From: the human T2T-CHM13v2.0 reference genome, Homo sapiens
Assembly (NCBI RefSeq): GCF_009914755.1
Contig: NC_060936.1
Length of the DNA: 64,000 nucleotides
Direction: 5' to 3' (one strand)
Part shown: in pieces, positions 57,770 to 64,000 of the stretch
How the letters are laid out: every line of letters begins with the position of its first letter
How positions within the stretch are numbered: position 1 is the stretch's first letter
Notes under the pieces: generated by a model
The model's input: only the letters and a program-made list of their open reading frames with translations
What the model was told of the DNA's origin: nothing
Database searches by the model: none
Made by a program: the position numbers and the translations under genes

Positions 57770-60620
57770 ATAGTGTAACACCCCTTTTATTAAAAACATA
57801 AATCCAAATGTAAAAAAGTGAATGAAAGAATCCAGCAGATATTTATTAAGCAAGATGAAAGTGAAATTACAAACACAGGTCAACTTTTAAACTCAGCACT
57901 CTGTTGGAGTGGAGGTGCACGGTCCTTCATCATAGGCAGCCTATGCGAGATGCATCTTAGGAAGGGAGCTTTCGCTGCTCAGAAATCAAAGCTCCATCGG
58001 AGGTGTCCTACTGGAGGCATCAGACAACAAGCTAAATGACGTTAGGGCTACACAACACAAAGGGGAAAGTTGACAACAATTCAGGGGCTTTGAGTAGTCA
58101 AGACAATTAGCTTAGTACTTCAGGTCAATAAATGCTACAATTTATGGGCAATTAGCTGTAAAATGGCCTACAGCTGAAACACTATTCTTGTCTTATTTCA
58201 CGATTTCATGGAGATTAAAGATAATCTAAACAGATTAAGGCCTTAATCTTTAATCCAGGTGAGTAATTTTGTTTGTAGTAAAAAGCATAAGAAATAATTC
58301 TCAGCATATTATGTAAAAGAAAAAGCAGTGAAAACCTTGTTTGGTCTTCCAGTGGCAAGGATAGTTGAACAACTTCAAGAAGCTGAGAGAAGTTTGTTCC
58401 CAATTTACAAGTATTTTGACATATAGATAAACAAAAGCAAAACCAGTTAAACCTTAAAAGATCATCTGAATAAGATCCTGACAATTATAATTTTACATCC
58501 ATGTGAATTTCAAGCAATTGTTAATGGGGACCAGCAGGGCTGCATTAAGAAAACCACTTTTCACTGATCTCTCCCCCACATATTTTTAATTTGTCTTGCT
58601 TTGTTTATTTTGGTTATGCAAGTCCTTTCTCTTCATGAAACAAGTGTAAGGCTCTAAGGCTAAAATAATAGTTATTTTTGTGGGCCCCAAATAGCTACTT
58701 TTGAATTTCTTTCTTTAGTATATCTCAAATCTGGGGAACATGGAACTTGAAGACTCCTAACCATGAAGCATTTGGAAAAATACATATCATTCACTTTTCA
58801 CAGAACCATTTTCTTAAAAATAAGAGGCAATATCCAGATTCACATGCATGTTCATAATAAAGCTTTGTTTTAAAACAAATCCACACCAGCATTATTTTCA
58901 GCTTAATATTTTGGCCCCAACCCAAGAATTCAGGTATAACATTTAATTTTCATCTGTAATGCATATATTGGAAGGACAAAATATATATGCAAATAACACT
59001 GGAAAATATTGTTTCCTATACAAGTGATCAAGAAAAAAACAAAGAAAAAGAAAACCCATAGCACTAAGTTTGCTGTAGTGAAAATATGGTTAACGGTGCC
59101 GTGCAAAATTAGATTTGTTGAAAAGTAGTTCTATTACAGGGAGCAAAAGCAAAGAAGCAAGTTTGTGGGCAACTCGGAAGAGGGGATCATATTCTCATTT
59201 CCTTAATTGTAATTTAAATAATCATTCTCCATAATTTCTCTTTCTAGAGCTTTCTTCTTTGTATGCTATCACGTAAGGTAGTACTATTTCACCTTAAAAA
59301 ATGGAAAGACAAATTTCAGCCTAAGAATGATGTATTCTGAGTTGGCAATTACTTAAAACAATGAGAGAGTAAAACACATCAAACTTAAAGTGTTTACTTT
59401 TTGAACATTAAAATAAATGTCAGGTAAATACAGAAAAATATATAATCACTAGTTCTCAGCATTTTATCAATCCCTTTGTTTCTCTTCTTCTAGAAGATTC
59501 TATGAGCATTATGTTGCTCCGATCAAAAGTAACCTCACTACTCAAATACCATCATAGCTTCAATGTGCATTATAGTGATTTCAGTAGATTCACACTCAAA
59601 TCTTTTCAGTGTCATACATTTATTAAGCCATAAAGTTATGAAACCCTCAGCTCTTGTGGAGAGATCTGGGCAGAATTTATACAAGAAGAAGTTTAATTTA
59701 TCACTTAAAAATCATCTCATAATTGTGGTAACAGATTTTTAAAGTAACCCTTTGGAAAAAATTTTACGTGATACCCAAAGGCACTAGTTCACATAAGGGG
59801 TGTGGCTGAAAAAGCAAAACAAAGCCATTGTGTAAGTAAAGAGCACACAAAAAAAGGATATTAAAAGGAAACCTGTTAAGCTTTAAAGTTATTCTAAAAA
59901 TGGCACTTTTCACGTTGGTATAAAATGAAAGTGCTTTAAGATGAAATTTTTATGTATTTTTTTAAAGCTGATTTTTAACCCCCTGAAAATAGGGGGTTAT
60001 AACAAGAACACTGATAGACTCTAACTCATAGCGGCAATAAGTAGTGGATGTCACTAAAATGCTCTGTGTGTGTCTTTATTTTTTAGTATTTTTAATGTTG
60101 ATAGACTTGCTTTATCTATCTGTGTATCATTAGTGAGATTTGCTTTTCAATTCTTTACTAGAAAGTTACAGCTCATTTAAAATAGCTGGTAAATACAGAA
60201 AGCATAAATATACAGTAAGTTTAAACACTGATTGTACTAAATGCAACAATACAAAGAAGCAAATGGAACACAAATGGTAACACAATAAAACTGTATTACA
60301 TTTGTGCTTCAAATATTACAATACATTATATACAATAGTCCAAAATAAACATCTCATGCCAAGTGACACAAAAACGAATAGCAAGCAAAAAAATCCAGCC
60401 ATATGTACATTACTTTTTTCTTTAATAATAAACATTCAACTCTGAACTGGGGCAATTTCACTACATACAGATGCAGTCCGCCTTTTATTCCATATAACCA
60501 TCCTGCCTTCCTATATCTACGCTATTCAGTAGGTTCCTGTGTCAATTCTTATGTACATGTGGAGCAAAAAAGATAAAAGAATGTAGTGCTTTGTATTCTT
60601 AATGGGGTGATGTTGATAGA
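57770..60620 (-). other. LMO3: LMO3 3'UTR (~2.85 kb; 3' end approximate)
   Basis: Apparently repeat-free AU-rich sequence after the stop codon. Tandem minus-strand AATAAA at 57842-57847 and 57786-57791, with U-rich downstream sequence. Confidence 0.8.
57786..57847 (-). terminator. Tandem distal polyadenylation signals of LMO3
   Basis: TTTATT on + at 57786-57791 and 57842-57847. UGUA upstream (TACA near 57868) and a U-rich downstream element on the mRNA strand. Confidence 0.65.
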
Positions 60621-60726
60621 TCAGCGAACCTGGGGTGCATAACCTTCTTTCATTAAACCTTCCTCGTAGTCCGTCTGGCAAAGGATCATGTTATTCTTTA
60701 GGAAAAATTTGTCTCCAACACAAAAT
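60621..60726 (-). CDS. LMO3: Last coding exon of LIM domain only 3 (end of LIM2 domain plus C-terminal tail)
   Basis: Reverse strand after the ...ttttcag acceptor (AG at 60728-60727) reads 1 nt + FCVGDKFFLKNNMILCQTDYEEGLMKEGYAPQVR-TGA, the LMO3 C-terminus. It is too short for the ORF track. Upstream exons lie beyond the window. Confidence 0.97.
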
Positions 60727-63700
60727 CTGAAAATATTTTAAACAATAAAATGTGGTTAAGACCATTTCACTTGGATCTAGAAATTTGAAGATTTATTTTC
60801 CTATTAATAGTTTCGCATGGTAATTCCCTGAATCTGAAAACCTGGCTTAGACAGTTGTCTTCATTATCAGAATTAGACCATTTACCATTTACTTCATTTA
60901 ATGAAATGTTGCACACATTTGAAATCTTGCCTTTGCATGCAAAAATTCTAAGGATATTGAGATAAACACTTTGGGCACCAAAGATGACTTGCTTTTTTTT
61001 TTTTTAAACCACACTGGAAAGAAAAAAAATAAAAAGAACTGATCTGTATTTACACCCATTAAAATAAAAGAAAGAATGATAATAATGTTTCACTGCAGTA
61101 ATTATGGATGATTTCATCTCTGGCCATTTAGGCACTTAATAAAAAAGTAAAAGGCATTAAAATGAATCAAACAATTAGAAAATAGCCTATTTTAAAGCTT
61201 CCCATTTAAAGCTTTCTTTTACTCTGTTATTAAAATGTGATTAAATGTTAGTAATCTAGAAGTGATCATTCTGAAATGAAAGTTGCTCTAGCATCAGATT
61301 CTGATGCTGAGCCATTTTCCTTTGTTTGTGGCAAGTTCACCAACATGAAATAGTAGATGTCATTTCTTAGAGCACTTCCAATTCAACCAAAGGGAGTAAC
61401 CTAAATGAACTACTTAATATTGATGTGATAAACTAAACTAGTTTCCAATAGCTAATTATGCATTTTATTTCATAAAGCATTGTTTAATGTGCAAGACTGC
61501 AATGTTTTTAATAAGTGTTCTTTCTGTATGATTTCCCCACGGTGACACTTTGGACACAATTAAGGTCAGAAATAAATGTTTTTTCTGTTTCTGGTACATT
61601 TAACAATAAAGTAACTCTGGGGAGATCTGTATATATATTTAATTGTAACAATTTAACCTTCAAATAGTGGTGTCTGGTAGAGTTGACCCAGTAAAACTAC
61701 TTGTAATTATACAAGTTGACCTCTATGACCTTTGATAGTAGTCTCTCTTTATCAGATAGTCAATTTCAAATGATGTTCCAGCAGAAATCTTAGTGGATAG
61801 ATTAAATTGTGTAGTGAAAGCCACCCTTTAATGTTTTGTGAAGTTGAAGGTTTAAATGAGGAGCAGTTGGACTGATTTACATTTGCAAAGATTGGAATGC
61901 TAGACAAACAGTGAACCTATTTTTTTCCAACTGGGTAGCTTTGGAAATTTATCCTTATACTAGCTAAGTAGATAGAGAGGAAAATAGTGTAATAAAAAAA
62001 GTAGACTGAAAAGAATTAGCTTTCCTCTTAAAGGAAAATTGGTCTATTTGTGGAATTTACTTTTTTTCCCCAGGATTACTGCCTGCTGATGATGTTGATT
62101 GAAAGCACAGACTATGCACTGATCTTGAAATCCTAGGGTTGTTTGTGGTCAAAGCTACTGGATACAATGAACATTCAAGTTTGGGGCTTTAAGTATATTT
62201 TCTTTGTATTAGTTGTAACCTGTATACTTTAAATGTTGCACTTCAATAATGGTGTTTGTGCAAGCCAGTTTGATATCCTTATCAAATGAAAAGTGTCTGA
62301 AAGGCAGAGAGGTATACTGCAACCAGTAGGGTCCAAACTCTACCTTCCCACTTATGATAATTGAAAATAAAACTTTGGTTTTTAATACCTGTGACATCAG
62401 TCGACTTTGTAGGCTTGTGGCAAGGAGTAGAAATGAAATATCTAAAATCTTACCTCAATGTTTGAAACATAGGTAAAATAGCCACCTTTTTATGCTTACC
62501 ATGTGCTAAATGCTAAGCATGTATGTACATGATCACATTTATTCCCTACATCCAACCTAGAAAGTAAGCATTGTCATGGCTTTTTACAGAAGAAAAACCT
62601 AAGACTCCGTGCCAGAATTTCAAAGCCCTGCCCAAGATTCTGTAGTTAAAACGTTTATAGTAAAGGAAGAAAAATAACCCAGGCCTTTTTGGATTCAAGA
62701 CTCAAGCTTTTACCTGAGGGCAGTAAAGCATGCAGGCTACAAGAATAATGTGAAGATTAAATGGTTATACAGGGTGTAACTGTGTTTTTTGTATTACTAT
62801 TATTTCTTTTGCATAACTTTAAAAAAGTCTGCCTACTATTCAATTAAGTGGTATATATAGAGCAACAGAGGCAGAGCGAGAGAGAGACAGAACTTTTCTA
62901 AAATATTCCTACCTGACATATTTTATTACTAATATGTTATCAACTGGATAAAGTGCATTTTATATGCATTTCAATTTATACTTAAAGGTCAAGATGAAAC
63001 GAACATGGATGAGGGATGTCACACTTGCACATATGACTCAAACAAAACAGCCTTGAAAGCTGTGGTTAAGAGCAGATTACGACTGGTATGCAATTAAGGT
63101 TGACATCCTCTTTAAAAAATGCTTCATATATAAATATAAAGAAATTTCAGAGACAGCAATACAGATAGTATGTATTTAACAAATTAATCTGTAACTGTGA
63201 TTTTGTAAGAAATGCTAATTTCCAGTGTGATTTAACCAACTTCTTATGAGATTCAGCATTTGCAGGAAAAAAAAAAAAAAGCATTATGAAAGGAGTGATA
63301 GCCAGAGGATACTGTAAGTATATTAACAGGCTACAATTACTAAAAATAAACATAATCTTTCTTGTAATCTGACCCTAATTACTTGTAGTATGCTCAGTTC
63401 AATTAATTTTACCCTCATTTAAAAAAATTATGGTAAGGAATAAGAAGATGCCCAATTAGATTATTAAACCATCTAATTCTGATGTTTTGGAATTAATATG
63501 AGATGTAATTTCTAGATATTTTTGAGTGATTTAGCTGACTTCATATAGTCTTAGAGACTTGAGAAGTATATGAAACAAGTGTAAATAGTAAATCATCCTT
63601 ATAAAATATAGTGCTTAGTTTTAAGCAGGTTATCAAAAGCCTATGCTAAGAAGCCTCCACTGGTAACATCCCTTTTAAGAAATAAAAATGTTAGCCTAGC

Positions 63701-64000
63701 CATCTTCTTTCCCTAATGTTAGTGACTGACAATTATGATTAATTTCTATCTTACAACACTTAGCTAGGGAGCTCCAATCCATATTTCTAGTGTCTATACT
63801 TTCCTATTCCACATCTTCAGTTAACTGTAAGTTAGAGATTTCTATACTATACTGTTTTCAATAAGAAGTCCGGGTTGTGTACTCATTCCTCCACTATACA
63901 CCTGTGAACAAATTTACTGTCTTTCCCACTGACAGTCCGGTTGTCATTATACATCTCACTGCTAACAACCCTTAGTGTATCAAATGACACTACCCACACC
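60727..64000 (-). other. LMO3: LMO3 last intron (partial)
   Basis: Lies 5' (mRNA sense) of the acceptor at 60727. Candidate branch point CTTAAC at 60755-60760. Confidence 0.85.

Noticed and set aside
57931-57957. CATAGGC-A-GCCTATG and AGATGCATCT palindromes as a Roquin CDE
   Set aside because: The mRNA loop would be CUG, not pyrimidine-purine-pyrimidine, and short palindromes are expected by chance.
60727-60762. TCTTAAC branch site suggesting a U12-type intron
   Set aside because: It lacks the full TCCTTAAC, sits ~30 nt from the AG and fits an ordinary U2 branch point. The donor site is outside the window.

Overview
AT-rich, CpG-depleted primate (almost certainly human) genomic DNA, mostly intergenic and repeat-rich. 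It is not prokaryotic: no operons, CRISPR arrays, rRNA or tRNA genes were found. The right end holds the last coding exon, a ~2.85 kb 3'UTR and part of the last intron of LMO3 on the minus strand. From memory this is 12p12.3, downstream of MGST1; that was not verified here. A full-length processed pseudogene of mitochondrial aspartate aminotransferase GOT2 lies at 22.7-25.5 kb, with a target-site duplication (TSD) and a later Alu insertion. The rest is Alu, L1, L2, MIR, MaLR (THE1/MST/MLT), ERV solo LTRs, DNA-transposon fossils and several repeat-free, enhancer-like blocks. The most striking structure is a 5'-truncated L1PA2-like insertion at 34.4-35.7 kb whose TSDs also enclose ~100 bp of non-L1 sequence with its own AATAAA and poly(A), i.e. 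an apparent L1 3' transduction. I found no evidence of a new multi-gene system. Nearly all ORFs in the supplied track are spurious or repeat-derived. Repeat subfamily calls are by eye from remembered consensus sequences.
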